From: Lama glama
Lineage: Eukaryota
NCBI GenBank assembly: GCA_028534125.1
Contig: CM052832.1
Coordinates: forward strand, 18,726,001 to 18,790,000
DNA length: 64,000 nucleotides
Direction: 5' to 3'
Shown: piece by piece, positions 39,289 through 50,985 of the stretch
Layout: every line of letters starts with the position of its first letter
How positions within the stretch are numbered: position 1 is the first letter of the stretch
Program-made: the position numbers and the translations under genes
The notes under the pieces: generated by a model
Database searches by the model: none
What the model was told of the DNA's origin: nothing
Seen by the model: the letters and a program-made list of their open reading frames with translations, nothing else

Positions 39289-40008
39289 GAGGTATCAGCA
39301 TTTTTTAAAAATATCATAGGTAATTTTGAAACATCAAGTTTTGAATACCACTAAGTGACTCATATTGCCAGTGTCTGAGGTGCTGGTCCTGTGTGGAAGC
39401 AGGACAACTGTTTCACTATATAGTCATTTCATTTCCAAAGTTACCTGTGGTGATGGTGTAGAGCTATTCTTTTGGTACTTACAGGGACAGAACTGCTCCA
39501 TGGGACTGAGGTGGATGGCTTTACACCCAGTCCCTCTGAATGCCAGACTTACGGAATGGACAAGACTACACATGTGATAAGATCAGTTTCAGCAGCCACA
39601 TGGAAAAATTGGTCTTGCTGTATCAACATCCTTTCTCATAATTAAATACCAAGGTCTAATCATATTCTGAATATAACCTTGGCATTAACATTTCAACAGC
39701 GCCCTTCTGTTTCCATCCCAACCCCTACATCATAAACATGAACATTCCTGAATTAAGACCATCAAGAAGGCCCTGGTTATGTCATCATTCATGAATGATC
39801 ATTCACTCCTGCATATGTCTGCCCACTTGGGCAAACATATGGTGCTGTAATTTTTCTTCCAAACTCCAGTTCCTGGAGAATGATAAACACATAGGATAAA
39901 ACAATGCTCTCAGATGAACTATGGAAAAGTTCCAAGGATTTGTATATAAACTTGATCAACGTGAAATGATGATTTTGACAATTTCTGTTAGGGATGCTAT
40001 CAACAAAC

Positions 40009-40041
<33 letters not shown>

Positions 40042-40817
40042 TTTTCTTCATAGTTTTAAAAATTAAAAAAAGTAGAAGGAAGGAAATGAAAAATCAGAGC
40101 AAGAGTCATTGAAATAGAAAACAATCAATGCAATCAATTAGAGAAAATCAATGCAACCAAAAAGCAAGTTTTTTGAGAATATTAAAAGAATTGATAAACC
40201 TCTAATCAGATTGATACAGAAAAGAAAGAAGAACCAAACTATCAATATCAGGAATGATATTCTACATATATTTAAAGGATAACAAGTGGGTACTGCGAAC
40301 AACTTTATAACACTAAATGTGTCAACTGAGATGAAATGTATAAATTTCTTGAGTCACAAACTACCAAAGCTCACTCAAGAAAAAATATACCCAAGTATCA
40401 ACATCTATTAAAGAAACTGAATTTGTAGTTTAAAACCTTCCCTAAGACAGAACTCTAGGTCCAGATAACTTGACTGGTAAATTCAACCACACATTTAAAG
40501 AAGAATTAATACCAACACTACATAAAGTTGTCTAAAAAATCCAAGAGGGGGAACTACTTCCCAGCTCATTCTACAAGCCCATGATTTCTTTAATACAGAA
40601 AGCAGTAAAAACATTTCAAAAAGAGAGAAAACTACAACCAATAACTTCCGTAACATAGATGCAAAGTTTCTTCACAAAATTTTAACAAACGAAATCCAAC
40701 AATATAGAAAATGAAAAATACATCACAACCAAAGGGTGTTAATCCCAGGAATGAAAGGTTGAGTTAGTATCTGACAAATCAATAAAAATTATCATACTAA
40801 CAAACTAAAAAGAAAAA

Positions 40818-40925
40818 GGAGGGAGGTGGGCATAGCTCAGTGGTAGAACCCACACTTAGCATGCACAAGGCCCTGGGTTCAATTCCCAATACCTCCATCA
40901 GGAAAAAAAGAAAAGAAAAAAAAAG
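40818..40925 (+). mobile_element. tRNA-derived SINE nested in L1
   Basis: ATAGCTCAGTGGTAGA...CCTGGGTTCAATTCCC + A-rich tail. Confidence 0.88.
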
Positions 40926-41188
40926 GAAAAGAGCGCACAATAATCTCAACAGAAAAACATTTGACAAAACACAACACTAATTCCTGATTAAAAAAAAAAA
41001 AACTCCCAGCAAACTAGGAACAAAAGAGAACTTCCTCCGTCAGATAAAGGGCATCTATGAAAAACCAACAGTTAACACCAAACTTAATGTAAGGAGAAAG
41101 ATGCTTTCCCTCAAAGATTAGAAATAAATCAAGGGTATCTGTTCTCACTTCTATTCAGCACTGTACTGGGAGGTCTTAGCAGTGCAAC

Positions 41189-41626
41189 TGTCAGGGTTTG
41201 AGATTTGATTTTGATTGATGCTGTTTCATCAACACCAGCAAGAGACAAGCGATTCCTGGGTTAGAGACAAAGGACTTTATTATTCACGGTACAGCAAAGG
41301 GCATGAGCATCGTGTTTGCTTACACTCCCCCTTTCCCCAGAGTCCCACAGGGTGACATGGAGGACTCAAGAGAGATGCCCGCACACACAGTGAGTTTCTT
41401 ATAGGAAATGAACCATTGAGATCAGGTAATCTGTTTTTCATAGTAAATCGTACACAAACCTGCTCTTTGCTTAAAAGGGAAACATCCCATCATCCCACAA
41501 AATCACCCTCTGCAAACATAACCCTGAAAAGTAACCTGGGTAAAGAGCAGTCCCAGCACTGAATTCGTGGCATACCCAGCAAGACATGTAGGAGAGTCAG
41601 AGACCCATGAGGAACATCTCCCAACA
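41189..41626 (-). mobile_element. Solo ERVL-class LTR (LTR47-like) nested in L1
   Basis: TG...CA ends; 5-bp TSD GCAAC/GCAAT; L1 sequence AGTGCAATAAGGCAAGA rejoins across it. Confidence 0.8.
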
Positions 41627-43611
41627 GCAATAAGGCAAGAAATTGAAAAAGGAAGAAGTAATAGTGCCTTTATTCATAAGCAACACAATTATGTATGTAG
41701 AAAATGGTGGAATCCGTTTTTTAAAAAGCTCCTAGAACTAATGGATGAGTAGAGCAAGATTGTAAGATATAAGAACAATATGCAAAAGTCCACTGTATTT
41801 CTATATATCAGCAAGAAACAACTGGAAATCGAAGTTTTAAAAAATACTATTTAAAATAGCATCAAAAAAACATGAAATACTTAAAAATAAATCTGACAAA
41901 AGATGTGTAAGACCTATACACTGAAAGCTACAACAAAATACCACTGAGAGAAATTTTAAAAGACCTAAATACATGGAGAAATACACGATTTTATCTTGGG
42001 TCAGGGACTCCATGTTGTTAAGATGTCAATTCTCCCCAGACTGATTTATAGATTAAATATAATCCCAATCAAAAACTCAGCCTCTTCATAGAAACTGAGC
42101 TGAGTCTAAAATTCATATAGAATTACAAACAACTTCACAATTCACAAACTAAAACAACTTTGAAAAAGAACAAAGTCGGAGAACTAACATTATCTGATTT
42201 CAAATCTTATTATAAAGCTACAATAATCAAGACAGCGTGATAATAGCATAAATACAGACAAATAGATCAGAAGGACAGGATTAAAGGGAGCAGAGAGTCC
42301 AGAAATAGACCAACATTTATGTGAACAATTGATCTTCAACTACAGTGAAAGCTAGTTCAATGGGGAAATGACAAGTCTTCCAAACAAATGGTACTGGAAC
42401 AAGTGGAAATACTATATATAGTGCAAAAGAAAAAAGAAAATATTGATCCACACATTGCTTTACATACAAAAATTACCCCAAAATGGATCAGAGACCTAAG
42501 TGTGTAACCTAAAGGTATACAACTTCTAGAAGACATAAAACATTCTGCCATTTTAGGTTAATCAAGGATTTATTCAATATGACACCAGCATGATCCATAA
42601 CATATTAATAAACTAACTGGACTTCATCAAAATTTAAAAGTGATTTTTGAAAAGCACTTTAAAGAAAATGCAAAGACAAGTCACAGACCGAGAGAAAATA
42701 TGTATAAATAATATATCTGATAAAGGATTTGTATTTAGAATCTATAAAGAACTCTTATCTGTGAAGAACTCTTAAAACAGTAAGAAAACAATTCAGTTTT
42801 TTCAAATGGCAAAAGATTTGAACTGATACTTGAATAAAGAAGATATATGATTGCAAATAAGCAGATAAAAAGATGCTTAGTATCTTTAGTCATCAGGGAA
42901 ATGCAAATTAAAACTACAGTGAAAAAGCATTACAAACCTCTTTTAAAATGGCTAATTTAAAACACTGGCCATACCAGTGCTGGGGAGGATGTGGAGGAAC
43001 TGGAACTCTTATACAATGCTGGTGGCAATGTAAACTGGTACAACCACTCTGAAAAACAGTTTAGCAGTTTCTTTAAAAGTTTACCAGATACCCGCCATAC
43101 AGTTCAGCCACACCACTCCTTATTATTTACCCTTTAGAAATAAAAGCCAATATCCAAGCAAAGATTTGTACATAAATGTTCATAGCACATTTGCTTGTCA
43201 GCCAAGAACTGGAAACAAACCAAATATCCATCACTTGGTGATGAATAAACAAATTGTGATATAGCCATACAATGGAATACTACTCAGCAATAAAAAAGGA
43301 ATGAACTACTGAGACACTCAACAAAATTAATCAATCTCAAAATAATTATACTGGCTAAAAGATGGCCGACAATCAAGAGTACACACACCATATGATTCCA
43401 TTCACATAAAATTTCAGAGAATGCAGTGGGGAGGGGCGAGAGGGAGTGTTTATTAAGACGGATGAGAAAAACTATGGGTGATGAGTATATTCAGTATCTT
43501 GACTGTGATGACGGTTTCACCGGTCTACATGTCAAAACGTTCAAACTATACACTTTAGTTGACTGCATGTTATGTATAGTTCAATAAAGCTGTCTTTTAA
43601 AATCTACATTA

Positions 43612-43724
43612 TATCTTGTAACAACCTTTAATGAAAAAGAACATGAAAATGAATATATGTATGTATATGTATGACTGGGACACCAGAAATTGACACATTG
43701 TAACTGACAGTATGTTAATTTAAG
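43612..43724 (+). mobile_element. Lineage-specific L1 3' tail inserted at the end of the older L1
   Basis: CACCAGAAATTGACACATTGTAACTGAC motif; perfect 13-bp TSD AAAATCTACATTA (43599-43611, 43725-43737). Confidence 0.85.
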
Positions 43725-44122
43725 AAAATCTACATTAATACAAAAAGATTCATTCATCACTATATTCCCAGAAAGACCTTATATTGTACTGTAGAGCAGC
43801 TATGAAATTTTAGTGCTAAAACTTGTGCATCTCTAAGGAACAGAACTCTCATGTATACATCACCAGCTAACATTAGAGCTAATTAGTTCTTTTCAAATTG
43901 TGTTATGGAGAACCTATTTCCCTTATCACAAATTCCCAACCCCTGCCCACCTAGCCCCTGTTCAGTCTCTCATTTAGAAACCTCCATTTTCCCTTATCTT
44001 GTTTTTCGACATTATCTCAAGAAACTTTTAATAGTGAACCAAATAGAAGGAGTTTCCTGGTTTCAGAAACTCAAGCAAAGGCCTGACCTTCCAGGAATGA
44101 CAAACAGGTTGTTCACACTCAC

Positions 44123-44182
44123 CTGAGCTGGCTTGCTGCAGATGACGCCATGAATCTCCAAGTAGCTGAAGGTTACCTCGAG
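44123..44182 (-). CDS. CARMIL1: CARMIL1 coding exon (probable exon 4), LEVTFSYLEIHGVICSKPAQ, phase 0-0
   Basis: cctcaattgcag|CTCGAG...GCTCAG|gtgagt; 60 nt; peptide visible in ORF 44063..44332. Confidence 0.96.
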
Positions 44183-47100
44183 CTGCAATTGAGGAGGGAG
44201 AGGGAAATAAAGACCAGTAATGAGGGTTTTAAAACCTGCAATTCCAAGTAAAAATGCTACAATCAGAAACAGTCCAAGGGCAAACAAAGTACTGGGCATC
44301 TTCTGAAGGTCGGCTGGTTTTATTACCTCCATTCATTCAGTAAGACATGACTTTGATCTATCATATTTCAAGAAAAGTATTATTCACTTTCCTAAAGGAC
44401 TGAAAGCAAACTACAAGTCTGGCTTTTTAAATTTCATCCAGGGACAAACCCAGTGGAAAGTTTTTGTACTTCTACTCCAGTATTTATTTGTTGAGCAGTC
44501 AATGTATGAAGGGAACCATCTAAATATACCTTTTACCCCTGATTTCAAGATTTTGCTTCTGTAAATCAGATCAAGATAAAGACAATGTTGGGTTTTCCCT
44601 TCTTCCTAGACCCTTACCTCTTTGGGTTACACTCTGACCACTCACGGGAGTCATCATTCCTCCCACTGTCTTTCATTAAAGTTCTGACTTTGAATGGATT
44701 TAGAAAAATACAACATTTAGGAATTTTAAACTGTGCTCCAGTGAAACACAGAGTTAAGTCTTCTCTCTCTCTGCATATATATAAATGATCATTTATTTCC
44801 TCTCTATTTTAATAACAAGTGCCCCTTCCTCTCTTCTTCTGTAATTAGCATTTCTTTTTCTTCAAAGTATCTCCAGTCTTGTACTCTTTGCCTGTTTTTC
44901 CTGGACAACAGCCACTAATCTTTCCCCCAGTTTTGCGGTCTTTCATCCGAGTACAGCGAACAGTCACAGGGCATCGGACTAAAGACAATGGAGAACTGAG
45001 TTGGATCCGTTTATTCTATCCTCTCGCCTTAAAACTAGAAATGTCATGGGAAAACAATCTATCCAGAACCAAACCCATAAAACCCTTAGTTCTGCCTGCT
45101 GGTGCTATGTCATACCATTACACATTTCGTAGGATAAATCTTAGAACAGAGAATCCCTGAATTTCCAGTTAAATACATTGAAGTATGGTCATGAGAACTG
45201 GAGGTAGAAAGATAACTCATTCTTTCATTATTCACATAGTCAACCAACAGACATTTATGGAAGGCCTACTACATTTCAGGATTAGAAGGAGGAATGAGAC
45301 ATCTATCTTGTCCTCTGAAAGTTAAATGCCACACTGGAGGCACATTTTAAACATTCAGTTAGCATAGAAGTGTTCTTACCTATCATTATCAAGATCTATA
45401 CTTGGTGGGTTTTGAAAAGTCATTTAAAGCCGGGAATTATTTTCTAAAAAGAGTACCTCTCTATCTTCATTTATTTTGAATTAAAACTTATAAACATATT
45501 TTCACTTGCTAGCCTTGGGTATAGTTCCAAAGTTTCCTCTTTGAGTGAAGCCCACTGGCTGTCTCCAATGGCATTTCCTTTGCAGGCCACACCCAGAAAT
45601 GCAGGGCACCCAACTTCCAAGTCAAGCTCTTTAAAATGGAGTGAGAACTTGAAGACACAAAGCAATATGAGGGCGTTAAGTTCTCTAGAGTATTACATTC
45701 CCCTCTCTCTAGTCTTTAATAGTTGTCTGGTCCTTAACAAGACAGTAATTTAAAAAAAATAAATTGACTTTTATCAACAGTCACTATTTCATAGACATTC
45801 TCTCCTTTTGCAGCCTATTTTATTGATATGTAAAATATCTTTAATTTCAAAATGTATTACTATAATTATAAATGCTTTGAAAAGGTTTGGAAACAAACCA
45901 CTTGACCCTTGGTGGGCATCTCATTCATCTGTGGGAACAGGTGTAAGCAGGTTCACTCTCCTATAACTTAGCAGCTGTGAAAATGCAGCTGGTATCAGTC
46001 AGCATCATTAGGGATAGCATGGGCGGCTTTGCTCAATTTGGCTGCGTGAGGTGAGGTGGCGGTCAGTTAAGATGCTCCTGCTTCACCTAAGGGCTGTCCC
46101 AGGGATAAGCAAAGTACCAGGGAGCCAGGGGAGCACAGAGACATTTCAGCTAGGCCCTCAAGGATGACTTCAAGTTTGCCAAACAAAGAAGGAGTGAAAA
46201 GGGAAATCCAAGCAGAAGAAAAAGAATTTGCAAAGGCATAGAGGCATTCAGTGAACTAGGGCAGGGTGGAAACTAGAAGCAGACCTGCAGTTTCAGTGAT
46301 CAGCAAGGGAGGATGGGCTAAGGATATGATTCATCAGAGTCCAGTTATTATTAGTGGTGAGGAGGGGAGTCACTGACACAGACAGACAGACATCACAGCA
46401 AGGTTCAAGCCATTCTCTCTAATCTCATCCACGGCTATTTTTTTAATAGGCCTGTGCTCTCAGTCCCCGCCACTGCCCCTCCCCTGACTCCAGCCCACCC
46501 CAAAGACAGTTTAAAGAATGTCACTGAGCAGGAGGGAGCAGGAGGACCAGTTAGGCAGCTGAGGCACAGGCAGGCTGCAGGAAGACCTGAGGACATCTTT
46601 AAGACAGAACCAGAGACACTAGTGATTGGTTCAATAGGAGGAAGGAATTAGCCCAAACTCTCAGTAGCTCTTCTATCATTCTCTCACTCACCCCACCTCT
46701 ACCCTCAGCAAGACAGCCCGCATCTGAAAGACAAGAGAGCAAGTCTAAATGTGATTACGTGATGGTCCTTCAGGAACCCCCACTATTCCACAGGCAGTGA
46801 TCCATATCAATTGCCCATCTTCCTGATCGTTTCTCTCCCTCCACAGCCTCCACCATCCTGGGTCCAACACCCCAGCTCCCCAAATGCACTGTGCTCCTGC
46901 CAACTGCTGAACCTTTGACCAGTGAAGACCCCTTTAACACTCTGGTTGACATGGGGTGATCCTCCAACCCAGCTTCTCTGTGGACATTTCCCTGATCTGA
47001 TAATTACCCAGGGAGGAGGGCTGTGCTGGCCACATTCCCAGAAATGCACTCTTCAGAGTTATGAAGGTTATTTCCCACGTGTCAAAACCTTAAAAAATCT

Positions 47101-47451
47101 GCCATTAGTGGACTGAAGGAAATAAGAACTAGACTTGAAGAAAGTGTAAACCCTGCCCCAGTTGAGAGACAAAAATAACTGAAATCCACAAGCCTCTGGG
47201 ATGAGGAGCACAAAAGCTTTCGCCACTTTTCTCAGGATGCCTTTTCACACAGAGAGGAAGCAAAGGAGCAAAACATGTCTGTCATCACAGTTTAGGTGCT
47301 TTCTGGGGAGGAAGAAAGAAAATACAGTTGTGCTAAGGGAACTCTGAACACACTGGCCTGAATCATAAGTCTAAGTAATTGAGAAGTGAGTGTGTGTGTG
47401 TGTGCACGCACGCACGCACGTGCTGCTAGGAGGAAACTCACCGACACTTAC

Positions 47452-47502
47452 CTTGGTGGGGATTCGTGCTGTTACCAGGAAGGCTCTGCATGATGTTAGC
47501 AC
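47452..47502 (-). CDS. CARMIL1: CARMIL1 coding exon (probable exon 3), VLTSCRAFLVTARIPTK, phase 0-0
   Basis: tgtcttacag|GTGCTAACA...CCCACCAAG|gtaagt; 51 nt. Confidence 0.96.
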
Positions 47503-49038
47503 CTGTAAGACAGAAGCAGCGGCACCATGTCAGTAAAGGCTGGGGGCTGTGGTGTGACCCACAGGTCTTTAATGCTACTTTAATGCTCCTGTCATGTAAG
47601 AAGAATAAGTGAGCTGGAACAGCTTCTTGGCCCTGTAGGATTATCAGTTTTACTCTAGGAGTCACTGCCAAGGGCCGTGGTGAACAAATCACCTGCAAAA
47701 TCTCAAGATGAGCCATCAGTCAGCAGTCCAAAGGACCAAAAGTTCACTCCAGCTGAGAAAGAAGGTCTCCGTGATATTAAAATACAGATATCTTATCCAC
47801 AGCATAAGCCCCACTGTATCAACAGCGACCTTAATGAAAAGGCCAGGTACTCATTCGCTCTCCCCAAATGACAGCCGCCACCCATATTGACCCTCTTGCT
47901 TTCCATTCTCTGCACACTAGCTGATCACATTTACATAATATATAGGCAGCAAAACAGGCTAGCCTTCCCAAAAGTCATCCCTAACTCTGCTTCTCAGCTA
48001 TGCCTCTCTCACTCCCAGAGAGAACATTTACAGAAGTTTCAATTCCAATACTCAGCTAAGAACATGTCGATCACCCATGGGGTCCCATATGCCGATAGCT
48101 CCTCTTCCCCAGCAGGGGCCCTTGTGAATACAAGGGAGCTGGAAATAGTCTGAACTCTTAGTTCAGACTTGGCGCAGGGATGCCACGTCCACAACCCTCA
48201 GTGTCTGAACGCACCACTCTGCAACTTGGAGGTCCAGGCAGGCCTCACAGCCCTTTGCCATCAAGAAAGGGAACTCCGGCACTTGTCAAGGTCTGGAGGG
48301 GTAACTGTTCCTGATCTTCCAAAGGACTTCCTTGTCACTGAGTTGATATTTAGCAAATGATGTGTATGTGCTAGTCTAAGGATGCTAGATTTGAACAAAG
48401 CTTTAGAACTCAAAGGTCAAGGACACTGAGGTGCATGTTGTTACGGGACTGACCCGGATTCAAGCCATAGCTCATACTGTTAATCCACTCACAGAAGATG
48501 AATCCATGGCTGTGACTGTGGCCTGCTCTGTGCCTCTCTCTAGTCTCCCAACTCCAGGCAGAAACTGTGTATTTTTTATAAAACTCTTTTTTGAATAATC
48601 ATGGGTCACCACTATTGGGAATAACTCAAGCCAATACTCTTTATGAGACAGATGACAAAGGGAGGTGGCCGGACACTAGCTGGGAGAGTCTGGTAACGTG
48701 CAAGGGGAAGGCAGAGGGGGCAAGGCCTGGCCTATTTCAAGACTTTCTACCCAAACGCCTTCAGTCACAGCTACTTACAGGAGCCTTTTTTCACATGGAT
48801 CATTTCTGCTACTTGATTTTAGAGGTGATATGCTCTAAAAGACCATTAAGCACAAGAAAAGGTATCTATCTTTGAATATTCCATAGGCAGTTCTTTTCCC
48901 AAAGGAGTGATCCTTCCTTTTTACTAAGGCATTTGGAGACAGGGTTTCCTTCCATTAAAACAAGCAACAGAAGTGAGAGGAATGTTTAAGAAGTGGGGTC
49001 AGATGAGTGAGAGGAGGTCAGATGTAGCCTAGTAGTAG

Positions 49039-49179
49039 CAGGACTGGCTACATAACTCACAGGGCCCTTGTTCAAAAATTATGAAGAATTTTAAGACAGT
49101 GACAGCTTAAGCCATGAGTAGGACCTCCTGAGAGCCGCTGCCCTGTCTAACTGGTCACGTGCCCTTGAAGCCCGCCCCA
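49039..49179. mobile_element. MER45A-like hAT-Tip100 MITE
   Basis: CAGGACTGGCTACATAA...GGCCCTTGTTCAAAAATTAT...GAAGCCCGCCCC; 8-bp TSD AGTAGTAG/AGCAGTAG. Confidence 0.75.
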
Positions 49180-49503
49180 AGCAGTAGCTGCAATTAATCA
49201 AGTGTTCCCCATCTGCCATAAATGGGTGAACATCCTTGGATACGCTGATACATTTAATCCTCCCAACAAACATATTCTATATGATTATTACCCCCATTTT
49301 ACAGATGAATAAACTGAGACTCAAGGACAGAAGTAGGATTCTCATTGAGCCTCTTCAGTCAACTCCAAAGCCTAGGCTCTTCACCATGAGGCTACCTTTA
49401 CATGTTCCAACCCAATCCTTTCTCCTGGTACTCCAGCCCCTGGCAGTCTAGTTTAGAGAAGTTTACCTTCTCTAGACTAAGGTCTTGCTCCACAGCACAT
49501 CTT

Positions 49504-49949
49504 TTTCTATTTTTTTAATTGAGTATAGCTGGCTTACAGCATTGTGTTAGTTTCAGATGTACAGCATACTGAATCAGCATTTTTGCAGTTTATACTCCAT
49601 TATAGGTTATTACAAGACAATGAGTATAATCCCCTGTGCTATACAGTAAATTCTTGTTGCTTATCTATTTTGTATACGGTAGTTTGTATCTGCTAATCCC
49701 ATACCCCTAATTGGTCCCTCCCCCCTTCCCTCTCCCTTTGGTAACCACAAGTTTTCTGTATCTGTGAATCTGTTTCAGTTTTGCATACACATGCATTTGC
49801 ATTATTTTTTAGATTCCACATATAAGTGATACACAGCATTTGTCTTTCTCTGTCTGACTTATTTCACTAAGGATAATATTCTCTAGGTCCATCTCTGTTG
49901 CTGCAAATGGCAGAATTTCATTCTTTTTTATGGCTGAGTAATACTACAT
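49504..49949 (-). mobile_element. 5'-truncated L1 3'UTR
   Basis: T-rich left end; 15-bp TSD TCCAYAGCACATCTT (49489-49503, 49950-49964). Confidence 0.9.
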
Positions 49950-50190
49950 TCCATAGCACATCTTGATGTAGTTACCCTTTCAAACATTGCTCTTCCTCCT
50001 CCAGGGGAGGGGGGAGGAGAGGAAGGTGGAGAAAAAGGAGGAGGAGGAGGAGGAGGAAGAAATAATGCTGAGCCTCATGGGCTCACCACCAGCACGGGCT
50101 CTAGGACGCTAGACTCTATTCTCAGCATGTCTCCCTCTTGATTTATGGTTGACCCTTCACTAGCTCGGGGGTTAGTCTGCGTATAACTTG

Positions 50191-50333
50191 CAGTTGGCCC
50201 TCCAGACCCATAGTTTCACTGCATCTGAGGATTCAACCAACTACAGATCATCTAGTAAGTACTGGAGTATTTACTACTGAAAAGTATTTGCATGTAAGTG
50301 GACCCATGTAGTTCAAACTCCAAGGGTCAACAG
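50191..50333. mobile_element. Tigger-derived MITE (MER8/Tigger2-like)
   Basis: CAGTTGGCCCT...AAGGGTCAACAG inverted termini; TAAGTGGACCCATGTAGTTCAAAC. Confidence 0.7.
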
Positions 50334-50749
50334 TACAACACAGCACATTCATTTCTTTCTTCCAAGGGTACTTATATCCAATCTTTCCAATCTTAAGTCC
50401 ATAAAATCTTTGCATAGAAGTAAAATAATAGCCAAATCATAAAACTCACATGCCAGAAAGGACTCAGTATCAATCACCTAGTGAAAGAACCCCTTGGGGT
50501 TTATAATCTGAGAGCAGATCCGAAGAAAACTCATAGCTGGTTGGTGCTGGAGCAGGACCACAGGCTGCAACTCCTTCCTCGCTGTCCGTTCTTTTCACTC
50601 TCTCCTCAGCTAGCAATAAGGTTCAATGCCAAAAGCCCCAGCAGGCACATGTAGCCGCCTCAGTATTCAGAAAAATACACTCAGCTCTGTGAACATTCCT
50701 TCAAAGGAAAATTGGTCCCACAAGATCCAGGATCATTTTTCAAATATGG

Positions 50750-50985
50750 GAGTAATTCTGGCCCACACTTGTTGGGTACAGTGTTCTCACAGACTTGCAT
50801 ACACGGTCTCCTTTAAGCCTCACAGCAGCCTATGGGATAGACACTATCATTATACCCATTTTAAGAAGAAGAAACTGAGCCATAGGGAGATTATATAACT
50901 TGCCCAGGTCACCCAGCAAGTAGGTGGCAGAGCTGGGATTCGAGCCCAGATGGTCTGGCCACAGAGAATGAGCTCCTAATTACTT
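50750..50985 (-). mobile_element. MIR SINE (well preserved)
   Basis: GAAACTGAG...AACTTGCCCAGGTCACCCAGCAAGTAGGTGGCAGAGCTGGGATTCGAGCCCAG. Confidence 0.85.

Larger units (their letters stand above)
40040..43598 (+). mobile_element. Long ancient L1M (decayed ORF2 through 3'UTR) with nested SINE and LTR
   Basis: Continuous L1 ORF2-like sequence ending TCAATAAAGCTGT; frame disrupted throughout. Confidence 0.9.
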
